Shown in pieces: positions 10,604 to 21,800 of a stretch of 43,188 nucleotides of DNA. This stretch comes from Rhizaria sp. SCN 62-66 (Eukaryota): NCBI GenBank assembly GCA_001724265.1, contig MEDY01000336.1, positions 1-43,188 on the forward strand, given 5' to 3'. The translations under genes were made by a program, and so were the position numbers. The first letter of the stretch is position 1, and every line of letters begins with the position of its first letter. The notes beneath the pieces are model-generated. The model did no database searches. It saw nothing but the letters and a program-made list of their open reading frames with translations, and was not told the DNA's origin.

Positions 10604-12823
10604 ATGGCCGAGGTCTACCGCGCCTCTTCCTCTGCGCAGCACCAGCACCACATGCAACAGCAGCAGCCCTCACCGGGCCACTCGCCGGGCGGCCACGCGC
10701 ACGAGTCGCTGCTGTTCGAGATCTTCTGCGTCGTCTACCGCCTCCACGAGTCGTCATGGGTCGTGCTGGGCGGGGCGTCCTGGTCGCAGCTCCATGTCAT
10801 CAAGAACGACACCACGGGCGAGTGTCGCGTCGTCTCCTGGATCCCCGACGCGAACAGCAACGGCAACGGCAACGCGGCTGTGGACCCCTCCGCGATCCCG
10901 CTGGGCCCGCCTGCCGACACGCCCGCTGCGTCAATCCTCTTCCGCTTCCCGCTCACGGCGGCGTGCCACATCAAGCGCAAGTCCTCCGACTTCATCCGCC
11001 TCACGGACCCGGCCGGCACGACCTGGGGGCTCGGCTTCTACGTCAAGGGCGATGCTAGCACGGAGCCCGCGGACTTGCTGCGTGTCCTGACCGCCGCCGT
11101 CGAGGCTGCCACCGCGCGCGCCAAGGCCCGCAAGGACGCCGCGCCCGCCACGCCCGCTCGCCCCGTCCTTGCGCCGGGCAGTGTGAACCACAGCAACACG
11201 ATGCCGCTGCCCGGCGCTGCAGCAACGGCCAGTGCGAGTAGTCCGCAGCAGCAGCAGCCGCTGATGGCGTCGCCCGCCGCGCCCGAGCGGCCGCGGCGCA
11301 CGACGGTCAAGGCCCCCGCCGTGGCCTCTTCCTCGACCACCGTGCCCGTGTCGTCCTTCTTCACGCGCCGCGTCGAGCCCGGCGCCGAGGCCACGAGTCC
11401 CCCCGCGGGTTACCCCACGGGTACCACGGGTCACCCTAACGCCGCCGCGGGTACCAGCCCGGCGACGGCCGGCGGCAGGGTCTCGGACCTCGCCCTCACG
11501 GCCCCCTCGGCCACCGCCTCTGGCTCAGCCTCTGGCTCCGGCTTAGCCTCTGGCTCTAACACTGGCTCTAACACTGGCTCTGGCTCCAGCGCGCTGGCGT
11601 CGAGCGCGAGCGCGAGCGGGGCCAGCGGCGGCAGCGCGGAGCTGGTGCCGACGCCGCACCCGTTCGGCGCGCCCGTCAGTGAGGCCTACGCGGCGACGGT
11701 CGGCACGCTGGGGCTGCTGACGATCTTCCCCGAGAAGCCTGCCAAGCGCGCCACGGTGACGGCGACGCCCGCCAACGCGGCCGCGTCCCCGGCGGCGGCC
11801 GCGGCGGCCACGGCGCGCGCGCGCAAGAGCGGTGGCAAGCCTGGCAGCGCGCACGGTGCCGAGGACGACGACGACGACGACGAGGAGTATGCGATGCTCG
11901 CGGCGGCCGAGATCACCTCGCCCGTACGCGTGTCGCACGACGTGCACGCCAAGGTGGACCCGCAGACGGGCCGCATCCTGGGACTGCCCTCCGACTGGGA
12001 GGCCATGCTCCACAAGCAGTTCGCGGTGCCCCTCCCGCAGGTATGTTCAATGATAATATTTATCTTTGTTATGAGCTATTTGCAAAAAATTGTGATGTGT
12101 TTGTTCTCATATGATAGTTCGATAACACTTTTTTTCACAAATATCTCCACAACTCTCATACCTTTGCTTTCCTCGACATTATCCTTCTCTGCTCCCGCCA
12201 CCGCCGCCGCGCCCCAGGTGGACACGATCGCGCTGTCGCCGTACCCGGGCAAGGTGCCGCGCGTGCTGCACGTGCTCTTCGCGCTGTTGGAGCGCGCGGG
12301 CGGGCTCGACTCCGAGGGCGTGTTCCGCCTCGCGCCCGAAGGCGGCTCCACCGACGCCGTCAAGGCGCGCATCGACGCTGGCGAGCTCATCGGCGCGCGC
12401 GCGCGCACGGATCCGGTGACGGGGCTGCCCGAATTCGGCGAGCACGGCGCCGCCGTCGACACGCTTGCCACAGTCATTAAGGTCTGGTTCCGCGAGCTCC
12501 CCGTGAAGCTGCTCGAGAAGGTGCCGCAGCGCGTCATCATGGAGCTCACGACGCCCGACGAGGCGTGGCAAAAGGTCGTGCGCGCGCTGCCCGAGCCGTA
12601 CAAGTCGACGTGCGCGTACTTGGTGGACGAGTGCGTGCGCGTGACGGCCAACTCGAAGAAGAACAAGATGACCCCGCAGAACCTGGGCATCGTTATCGGG
12701 CCGAACCTGTTCCTGCCCGACGAGACCAACCCGATGAACACGCTGGCGTACTCGCAGAAGGTCGCGCAGTGGCTCAAGCTCGCCATCGAGTTCCGCGTCG
12801 CCAACCCGCAGGCGGAGATCTGA
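10604..12823 (+). CDS. RhoGAP with CRIB/PBD motif and N-terminal EVH1/WH1-like domain; exons 10604-12040 and 12218-12823; about 680 aa
   Basis: CRIB-like ITSPVRVSHDVH..D...GLPSDW. GAP motifs GGLDSEGVFRLA (Arg finger), IKVWFRELP and NKMTPQNLGIVIGPNLF. N-terminus VYR..SWV..GG..WSQL..CRVVSW..DFIRLTD..WGLGF resembles EVH1. Ends TGA. Confidence 0.88.
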   Translation: MAEVYRASSSAQHQHHMQQQQPSPGHSPGGHAHESLLFEIFCVVYRLHESSWVVLGGASWSQLHVIKNDTTGECRVVSWIPDANSNGNGNAAVDPSAIPLGPPADTPAASILFRFPLTAACHIKRKSSDFIRLTDPAGTTWGLGFYVKGDASTEPADLLRVLTAAVEAATARAKARKDAAPATPARPVLAPGSVNHSNTMPLPGAAATASASSPQQQQPLMASPAAPERPRRTTVKAPAVASSSTTVPVSSFFTRRVEPGAEATSPPAGYPTGTTGHPNAAAGTSPATAGGRVSDLALTAPSATASGSASGSGLASGSNTGSNTGSGSSALASSASASGASGGSAELVPTPHPFGAPVSEAYAATVGTLGLLTIFPEKPAKRATVTATPANAAASPAAAAAATARARKSGGKPGSAHGAEDDDDDDEEYAMLAAAEITSPVRVSHDVHAKVDPQTGRILGLPSDWEAMLHKQFAVPLPQVCSMIIFIFVMSYLQKIVMCLFSYDSSITLFFTNISTTLIPLLSSTLSFSAPATAAAPQVDTIALSPYPGKVPRVLHVLFALLERAGGLDSEGVFRLAPEGGSTDAVKARIDAGELIGARARTDPVTGLPEFGEHGAAVDTLATVIKVWFRELPVKLLEKVPQRVIMELTTPDEAWQKVVRALPEPYKSTCAYLVDECVRVTANSKKNKMTPQNLGIVIGPNLFLPDETNPMNTLAYSQKVAQWLKLAIEFRVANPQAEI
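11517..11586 (+). repeat. Coding 12-bp imperfect tandem repeats (ASGS/NTGS linker)
   Basis: gcctctggctcN and aacactggctct units. Confidence 0.7.
12041..12217 (+). other. Spliceosomal intron (177 nt, 3n, no in-frame stop)
   Basis: CAG|GTATGT...GCCCCAG|GTG; T-rich block inside a GC-rich ORF. Confidence 0.85.
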
Positions 12824-13973
12824 GCCCAGGCGGCGACGGCGGCGTGCGCACCCACTGATCATCCCGGCGACCGTTGGGTAAAAGTTTGGTCACGGCACAC
12901 ACAGCGCGAGAAAGGTTACTTAAATGGTCGAGAGTTCTCGTAATTATACGCTGTCTATGTGCGTTCTTATAGTGATGATGTTCGACAAGTAAGTTTAGTC
13001 TCTACTCTATCGTGTATAGAAAAATAAGAAAATGTAAATTGGTTTCTGTTATTGTTTTGATCATAATGTTCAAATGATGTATGATTTGTGTTTTTGATTT
13101 GTGTTTTCCACGTGTGTGTTTGGGAGACGTCAGTGTGTCCGAGAGTGTTCTCGTTGTCAGCAGTCGTGCCTGCTTGCACGTATTTGTTTGGGAGGCGAAG
13201 GCCCTCCCGACCTGCATCAGCATCAGTGCGGCGACGGTAACAACCACACGACCAAGTGCATCAACAATCAACAAGAGCACCAATGATAGTGAGTAATGCA
13301 TGGCTATCACCTCGTCTGGTGACTGGGGACAGGCATGCATGGCTCGGCAAACACAATGGAACTCTTGGCTGACCGCGGCAGAGTGACGATACATGTCGAC
13401 TGACAGTCCATTTGACTGTGTGTCTGTGTGTGGTCTCCGAGCTGTGCTAAGTTGCAGAGTTCCTGTGACAGCTTTCTGCTTTCGTTTGTTGTTATCAACG
13501 TTGTTCTTCGACTTGGTGCCAATGGTTTGTGTGAACCTAGATATCGACGTCATTTGAATACACATGTATTAATTTTCATTGAAGATACGCTTGGAATTTA
13601 CGCGTTTCACGTCGTTTCGTATCTTTGACCACAAATAGCGTTTTTGCTGACACTGGTAGGCTGCGGGCAGGCGACGCGCACCGAACAAAAGCGTTAAGAT
13701 CACATCAATCGACTCGTCACGAACATGTAGAGGTGAATATGTTAGACCCCGTTTTTATTGTGCTATGTATTTTAAGAAATGTGCTCGCTCGATCTTGGGC
13801 ACGATAAAACCCGCTTTGCTCTTGGATCTGGGCAATGTCCGACTGCACTGATGATGCGCCTCGCTCATCGCGTTCCACACTTTTCAAATAGCAACTCATC
13901 CTATAAGAACCACACTAACTAATTGTACACGCACTGCTCTATCTCTTTTTGCTTTGTTATTGCACAGCCTTAG

Positions 13974-14750
13974 ATGCGTACCGTCGCTCTCCTGCTCGCC
14001 GTGGCCGCGGCCGTGTTCGCGCCCCTGGCCGCCGTGGCCGCGCCCGCCGCCGCCAACTTCACCTCGTTCTCCGCCTTCTTCAAGGGCGAGTGGGAGGTTC
14101 AGCTCAGCACCGCGCCCGCACTTGCTCCTTCCGCGGCCACGACCGTCTACGCGCCCCTGCTGAGCACGTACACGCTGCACAGCGACAATGTGACGCTGAA
14201 CCTCTTCGGCACATCCTTCGACAACAACACCGCGACGGCCGAGGTTACCAACGTGCAGGCGCTCGCCGTGGACTTTACCGACGCCGCGGGCAACGTTGGT
14301 GCGCTCTCTGCCGACGGCAAGAAGCTCTTCGACTTCAACTTCGTGGTGCACCCCAACGGCGTCGCCATCTCGCAGGGCCCCTGGCTGGCTGCGAAGGACG
14401 CCAAGGACGCCAAGGGGACCGCGATCTACACCTTCACGGCGCTGCCCAACGACAAGTTTGTGCTGGTGGTGATTCCCGCGGGCGGCGAGGGCAGCGCGCA
14501 CACCTTCTCGGGCTCGCGCCGCGTGCCCAAGGCTGACAAGACCTTCTTCCAGCAGTACGGCACCTTCGTCATGATCGGCGTCATGATGGTCGTCAACATG
14601 TTTGTCCAGAACAAGACCAAGCAGATGGGCATGCAGACCCCGCCCGCCGCTGGTGCCGCCCCCGCGGTTGCCGGCGCCCCCGCTGCCCCTGCTGTCGCCG
14701 CGCCCGCGCCCGCGGCCGGCAACAAGACCGCCTCCAAGAAGGCCGACTAA
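13974..14750 (+). CDS. Uncharacterised type I membrane protein (signal peptide, lumenal domain, C-terminal TM helix), 258 aa
   Basis: Signal peptide MRTVALLLAVAAAVFAPLAAVAA. KTFFQQYGTFVMIGVMMVVNMFV TM segment, loosely like EMC10-type tails. Strong C/G third-position bias. Ends TAA. Confidence 0.8.
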   Translation: MRTVALLLAVAAAVFAPLAAVAAPAAANFTSFSAFFKGEWEVQLSTAPALAPSAATTVYAPLLSTYTLHSDNVTLNLFGTSFDNNTATAEVTNVQALAVDFTDAAGNVGALSADGKKLFDFNFVVHPNGVAISQGPWLAAKDAKDAKGTAIYTFTALPNDKFVLVVIPAGGEGSAHTFSGSRRVPKADKTFFQQYGTFVMIGVMMVVNMFVQNKTKQMGMQTPPAAGAAPAVAGAPAAPAVAAPAPAAGNKTASKKAD

Positions 14751-15284
14751 GGTTTACCACTGCATATTAACTCAAGAATTGCGGCGGATAGTTGGCGATT
14801 TAAGTTATTTTAAGGCGACGCCAGGAATTGGCGGAATACAATAGCTAGTATTTATCAAAACTGGATCGATATGCTTTTATTGTACAGAGATATATCGTGA
14901 AACGCGAACTCCATGACTGGCTGGAGGGGCAGCGCGGGCCCACGGTCAGTCTCGGTCTGCAGTGTTCTTCTTCTTCGGTCCACCGGCATGGGCCGAGAGT
15001 CAAGACGAGGGAGGCCGAGGGGTGGACCGTGTTTTGATTGATACGCTGGTCCCGACGTTTGGCACTTTGTAGTCAAACGCCTTTTTTTTTGGTTTCACGT
15101 TAAGTCAATACTTTTCCGTTTCAAACACACGGCGATCAACGACTGCTTCGCCGCGCTTTGTTGTGCCTAAACAACGCGACTTTTTTAACGTGTTTTAAAG
15201 AGTCACCGCCCCCCTGCCTTTGACCCCAGCGGCGTCCCGCCCTGTTGCCCCCAGCCCGTCCCCGCGTCGCCCGCAGCTGCCATC

Positions 15285-16618
15285 ATGGACGAAGAGTCGC
15301 TCGCGCGCCTGCGCCACGAGGTTGAGACGCTGGAGATGCGCATTGAGCAATCGCGAGAGAAGAGGAAGCGTGAGGAAGGCCTCGACGTCCGTACGTTCAC
15401 TATCGCACACTTAACACGCATGTTATCACCAGAATCGGTTCTCTGTGCCGCTAAAACGATGTTGATTGCGCAATATTTCTCTATTTCTATCGATTTATCG
15501 TGTTAGTTTTCTCATACGTCTTTCCATTCCGTCGAAATGCTCACGCAACCTCCTCGTCGCCAACACTCGTCCTTCGGGTTTTTTGCCTTGCTTTGCTTCG
15601 CGGTATTCTGCCCTTTTCAACTTAACCATAACCCATAGTCGCCCGCGCTGCGCACGAGGCCGGCATCCAGCCCACTGATTGCAACCTGAAGACGATCCGC
15701 ACCCTGTCGGGCCACTTCGGCAAGGTCTACGCAATGGCGTGGAGCAAGAATTCGAAGCAAATTTGCACTGCCGCGCAAGACGGCAAGCTCATTGTGTGGA
15801 ACGCCTTCGCGGCCGTCAAGAACCTCGTCATCACGCTGCGCACGAACTGGGTCATGACATGCGGCTACAGCGCTTCGGGCACGCTCGTCGCCTCGGGCGG
15901 CCTCGACAACATCGTCACCATCCACAAGCTCCCCGAGGGGCTCAGCAACCTCGCTAACAGTAAGAACGGCTCCTCCACGCCCGGCTCCGCCATCATCTCG
16001 GCCGAGCTGGCGGGCCACCAGGGCTACGTCTCCTCGTGCTCGTTCGTGGACGCCGACCACGTGCTCACGGCATCGGGCGACGGCATGTGCGCGCTCTTCA
16101 ACATCACGACGCAGAACCTGCTGATGGAGTTCCGCGGCCACGACAGCGACGTCATGGACATCTCGCTCTCGCCCGACAACCCCAGCATCTTCCTCTCGTC
16201 CTCGGTCGACTCGACGGTGCGCCTCTGGGACACGCGCGTCGCCAACGCGCAGGGCGTGTTCCTGGGCCACGAGGCAGACGTCAACGCCGTCACCTTCTTC
16301 CCCAACGCCACCACCTTCGCCACCGGCTCCGACGACTGTTCGGCGCGGCTCTTCGACACGCGCGCCTACTCGCAGTTCGGCGTCTTCTCCGACTCAAAGC
16401 AGCTCGCCGGCATGACCTCCGTGGCCGTCTCGCGGTCAGCGCGGCTGCTCTTCACGGGCACTGACGCCAACTCGCTGTGCGCGTGGGACACGCAGACATG
16501 CCAGCCCGTGCAGGCCGTCGAGGCGCACGACAACCGCGTGTGCGGCGTCGCCACCAGCCCCGACGGCATGGTCCTCGCCACCTGCTCTTTCGACTACAGC
16601 ACCAAGATCTGGGCCTAA
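15285..16618 (+). CDS. GNB: Heterotrimeric G-protein beta subunit (N-terminal coiled coil plus WD40 propeller); exons 15285-15390 and 15639-16618; about 361 aa
   Basis: Spliced product gives the coil MDEESLARLRHEVETLE.. then KTIRTLSGHFGKVYAMAW, QDGKLIVWN, WVMTCGY, VASGGLDN, GHEADVNAV, FATGSDDCSARLFD, HDNRV and terminal KIWA. Ends TAA. Confidence 0.93.
15391..15638 (+). other. Spliceosomal intron (248 nt)
   Basis: GTACGT...CCCATAG, phase 1; restores the G-beta frame. Confidence 0.85.
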
Positions 16619-16634
16619 AGATCTGGGCCTAAAG
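16604..16634 (+). repeat. 14-bp perfect tandem duplication spanning the G-beta stop codon
   Basis: aagatctgggccta aagatctgggccta aag. Confidence 0.9.
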
Positions 16635-18808
16635 CAGAGGCGCGTGAACACTGAAGCCGTTGTCGGTTTAAGCACTTAACAAACAAGCGCCAGAGCAAAG
16701 CAAAGCAGCAGTGTGCTGATCCGAGACATTTCTGACTGAGAGAATATGAGCACGCAGCTGAGACGGGGTTGAATACGACAATTATAACTTCCAAGATGGG
16801 ATAACAACTACGAGTATATGATTATTTTGATTGCATTAGTTTTTTGTTTGTTTGTTGTTGTTTTCTTGAATGTGTTTCTTTTTAATAACGGGAACAATTA
16901 CTTCCTCCCTTTGTTCGGTTATTGTCATTCTCTGCTACTACCACCAATATTGTTATCTCGCAATAATCATAACTCGACTCTTCCTCTCGAAGTCGCACTC
17001 TCAAGTCTTTCTTGCGGCTTCGCTCCCCTTGGCCTGGGCCCTCTGCTGCTCTCGTCTCGCCTCGCCTCTCTGTTTTCCTTTGTTTTGTTCGTTCGTTTTC
17101 GCATTTCGCTTTCGCTTCTGTGTCTGTCTTTCTGTCTCTCCATTCTCCCTTATTGTCGCTCTCACACGGTGCGAATATTAACAGTCATGAGCTTAGCAGG
17201 CCAGTACTTCTTGCTTTGTTATGCTTGTGCCATTGGGTGCGACGACATACTGCGTTTTGCGGCAGCTTCAACAAACGTTTACGCCGGTGCTCAAGCTATA
17301 ACGCAACGTGCTTTGTACTTTGTATTTGATCTTTTATGGCTTGTATCTAGTATCTAGTGAAAAAAAATATGTAATCTTGTTTTCTCTTTTGTTTTACTTC
17401 TTTGTCCTTTATGTGTATGTTACCGCTGTCATTGAAGAGTTACGGCAATCGCAACAGCCACATTGTTTTGCTCCTCTCAACTCGCCCCCCTCTGCTGATG
17501 CCAAGCCCCTGTCGTTGCCACTGACGTTGTTGATGTGATCACGTTTGGGTCACAGCCTCAGTTTGCACAACTCACTCGCGACCATCTAATCCGTCCTTAA
17601 CCCTCGCTGCGATCGTGTCTTGAACCGTCGCGCTGCGCGGGCCACGGATTAGCGCAGCACATGCAGTTGTCACCATGCAGTCGACCGTAACACAGCGCAC
17701 ATGCACTCTCGGCTCGCTGACTTAGCGCAGCCAGCCTCAATGTGTTCTTTCATCAGTGTGCCAGGAACAGCAGCAACAGCAGTATCAGCAGTACATGCAT
17801 CGTTTTCCTCGTATTGTCTTTTTGTGACTGTCACTGTTGTTCCGGCATCATAATCTCCCCACTCTCCCCATCCTAATCCTACCAACCAACTCAAACCACT
17901 CAACCAAATCACAATCAAACAGCATTTCATGAATCAGCGCCCTAGCTCTCCTTCTCACTCACGCGTTTTCTCCGATGTGTGGCTGTGCTGGTGCATGTTG
18001 CTTTTCGTCCAGTCTAGTTCTATCCTGCCATGTCTTAATGTCACGCTTCTGCTTGCCTGCTTTGATATGATTTGCTTTGCTTTTTTTTTGTCTTCTTTTT
18101 TAAGTCTTATGTATGTAGAGTTTGTGTATTGTATGTTCTTTTGATCATTTTATTTTTCATTGCTTTCTGTGACGTTTGTATTCCATCTGCTTTGCGATCA
18201 TCCACTTTGTGTTCGTGTGCACTTGTTGCGCAACCATCTCTGTGTCTCGTGTTCAGTGATATGTTTACGTATCTCTGCGCAACGGCCACGGTCGCCATTT
18301 TCGTCGTCTTTGCGCACATATGTCTGTCTATTTACGTAATGTAACAGATCTACATGTGCTTTTTCCCATAGTGTCACTTTTTGTTAAGGAAAACACAGCT
18401 GAGTTAATTCAATCAATCCTTGTCTGCCACTAGTCACTTCAAGTATGTTGTCAAACAATAAACCCGTTATCTATAGCATTTACATTTTCTGCTAACATTC
18501 CCAGTATTATTACAGCGTCATATCTTCTCTGTGGTGAAATGTCCTAATGTAACCAAAAGCTTGCGTTGCAAGTGTGCGGCGGTAGCACCCACTCGAAGCG
18601 AGAACAGAGAAACCGATATGACGATAGATTTGTTCGTGCATGCGTGCTAGATCTTCTTTTCTGGCGGTGTAATTAAACTATTATATTAAATGTTAACGTT
18701 TATATCTGCTCTTCAAAAGCCTACTCTAACCAACGACTATGATGTCCTTTATTATCTTCCCAAAGGTCATCTTCTCTCAATCAACACTTCCCCGCAAGCG
18801 AGAACACA

Positions 18809-21800
18809 ATGTCCCGCTCTGGCACCCCCAAGCTTGCGCCTAACGCAGGTTTGGCGGGATTTGACGCTGCTACCTTGCGTAACCATGCTACAGCTGCGTC
18901 CTTGTCTTCGCAGACACCTAACGCGGACTCTGCCGCTTCATCCAACGGCGGTCTCCACTTCGGCCCACACTTGGCCCCCTCGCCCTCCGTTGTCTCGGCA
19001 GTGTCCCTGGGCTCAACTCTACATAGCCCGGCGTCAGCGCACTCAGCGGTTACCCCCACTGCGGCATCCGGCTCTGCGCGCGGTGGTAAGGATCCACGCG
19101 CTAATGCCGCCCCGGCCCGCGCCTCCGCAGCAACAGACAGCGCTGGCGCTGCTTCTAGCGCTGCAAACCACCTCTCGCTTCCCTCTGGCGCTGTATCCGC
19201 TGCCAACGTTCCCACCGGGCCCGGCATAGCCTCAGGTGGTATGTTGCCCCCGCTGCCGTCACGGCAAACCACAAGCTCAGCACACGAAAGCAAACCCAGC
19301 ACCAGCGCAAACAATGTCGGCATCAACAGCAGCAGCAGTAGCATCACCCGCAGCAGCACTGAGCCAACCCTCGCCGAAGAACCCGCGACGACGATTTCGC
19401 TCTCGTCCGCACTGCTGGACTGCGTGTCCCTCGCGCACACCGCGCTGACCGCGCCCGGCCCCGCGACCTCGCCCTCCGCGGGCAGCGCGGGACCCGGCGG
19501 CGCAGGCACTGGCCCCGCCGCAGCCTCCGCGCTGCTGTCACACGCGCTGTCTTCGCACGCCGCGCGCTCTGCCTCGGTCTCGGGCGTACCCACGGCGCAG
19601 GAGCAGCTGTGGGACCGCGCGGCGCGCTACTACGCGCACTCGCTGCTTGCCGTCGCGCTGTGTCACGGCGGCCGCTTCCCCGCCGCCGCCGAGGCCGCGA
19701 CCGCTGCCTTGGAGCTATCCCCCGGCGACGACTTCGCGCTCGTCACGCGCGCCTACGCGCTCGCGCAGCAGGGCCGCTACGACGAGGCGCGCGCGGACGC
19801 GCACGCGGCGCTGCGGCGCAACCCGCGCAACGACGCGGCCTGGGGCACGCGCGCATCGAGCTACATCGACGTCGGCGACTACGAACAGGCCATCAGCGAC
19901 GCGCGACGCAGTCTGCGCCTGAACCCCGCCAACGAGGCGTCGCGGCTGAATCTGTTGTCAGCGTACCTGCGCAAGGCGGGCACGCACCGCAAGCTGCACT
20001 TCCTGCGGCTCGCGCAAGCCAACGCCGCCGAGAGCGACAGCAAGGCTAAGGACGACGGCGACGGTGACAACGACGGTGACGGCGACAGCGACGACGATCA
20101 TAGCGGCGAGCTGCTGCGGCGCGCGCCGTCGCCCGAGCATGGCGGCATCGACGCCGCGCTGGCCGCCGCGGCCGAGGACGACCCCGCGCTCGCAGCCGCG
20201 GTCAAGGCCGCTGAGGGCTGGGACTGGGACGGCGACGCGGCTGCCGCGGTGCTCAGCCTCTGCGACGCGCGCAACCGCGGCAGTGCGGCCAGCAATGCTA
20301 TGCCGCAAGGCAAGAAGGCGGCTGGCAGGCCCGTGTCGGCCGCTGTGGGTGCGCGGAAAGACTTTGCTGCTGCTGCCGCGAAGGCCAAGAGCAAGGGCAA
20401 AGCGAATGTGAATGTGAAAGGTTGCACCGGCGATTCTAACAGCGCCAACGGTGATGACAATGGCAACGCCGATGGTGATAATGCGGGCGTGCCAGCGCGC
20501 GCAAAATTAAGCCGCGTGTCCCCGTGGCCCTTTAGCAATGCGTACACCGGCACACCTACGGCCCATGGCTCCTCTGCTGCGGAGACCGTGGCTGCTGCCG
20601 AGGCTGCTGAGCGCGACCGCGAGCGTGAGCGTGAGTGCGAGCGTCAGCTTGGCCTGCTCCCCGCCGAAGCGCGCGCGCTCCGCACTCGCGGCTTCGCGAC
20701 TGCGCTGGCGCTGCACAGCGTGCTGCGGCCGACGGACAGTCTGGAGGCCGCGGCGGAGGCGGCGCTCGCCGCGGTGGCGCCGGACGCGCTCGCGCTTCCC
20801 ACTGCCCTGAACAACAGTAAGAATGACATTGGCAGCACCAGCAAGTCGAGTGGTGCTGGTGGCGCTGCTGGAGGACTGCGCATCATGATCACCCCTGGTG
20901 ACAAGGACAGTAGCACTCCCCAAAACACCCACGGTGGCAACAAGGCGGACACTGCCGAGAGCAAACAACTATAGAATGACACGGCAAATGCTGATGCGAG
21001 GCTCGGTCTGGCTCTCGGCCCACGGCTTGCGCGCGCCTTGGCTGACCCCCTCTCTCACCCCACTGTCGCGAACGATATCTTTAACGGCCGCGGTCGCGCT
21101 GATGCTGGCGCTGGCTTGGGCATGAATAGTCTCGACAGCTCCGGCAGCATCGCCCCTGACAGCGCCCTGCTGGCCCGCGCATCGCCCGCCGCCCGCGTCG
21201 CCGCCGCCGTGGCCGCGGGCGCTTGCCAGCCTTCCGCGGCCGCGACAGGTCCTGCACTCGCCGCGGCAGCCGCGGCGACGCGCCGTGCGCTGGCGCTGCT
21301 GCGGCTTACGGGCCGCACGGGTGAGAGCAGTCTACTCGAGCTGTTGTACTCGGTCGGTGCGGTTGCCGCGGCCACGTACGGCGCCGCCAAGGCCGCCGCG
21401 GCGGAGGCTGCAGCGATCGCGGCCGCTGTCGCTGCGGCCGAGGCTGCTAGCATGGGCAATGCGGACGAGTTCGACGCCGACGGTGACGGCGACGGGAGTC
21501 GCGCTGGGTCGCGTCTGCGGCTGCAGAGCTCCCACACTAAGGAGACGGGGGATGGCGGCGACAGCAGCAGTCCGACTCGCAGCGCGTCGCAGCGCCGACT
21601 GCGGACGCCCATCACTGCGAACACTGGCGGCGACAGCAGCCGCAACGCTGGCACCGCGGACGGCAATAGTGCGACTGTGGCCGACACCGACAACGGGGAC
21701 GACGACAGCGCCGGCGGCAAAACGCCCCGGCTCTCATCCCGCCTGCGCAGCCGCGCGCTGTCGCGCCGCAGCGCCCGCGCGGCGCGCCGACTGAGCTCGC

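Noticed and set aside
12967-13628. Short ORFs and a small GGGAGG/CCTCCC hairpin between the RhoGAP and 258-aa genes
   Set aside because: No codon bias, splice signals or motif support.
16818-17357. 179-aa hydrophobic ORF and overlapping Phe/Leu/Cys-rich ORFs
   Set aside because: By-product of T-rich DNA; lacks the codon bias of the real genes.
20817-20974. Possible intron GTAAGA...CTATAG removing the first in-frame TAG
   Set aside because: 158 nt long, so it causes a frameshift to an immediate TGA. The interior is GC-rich and coding-like, and the donor is not GTAYG.
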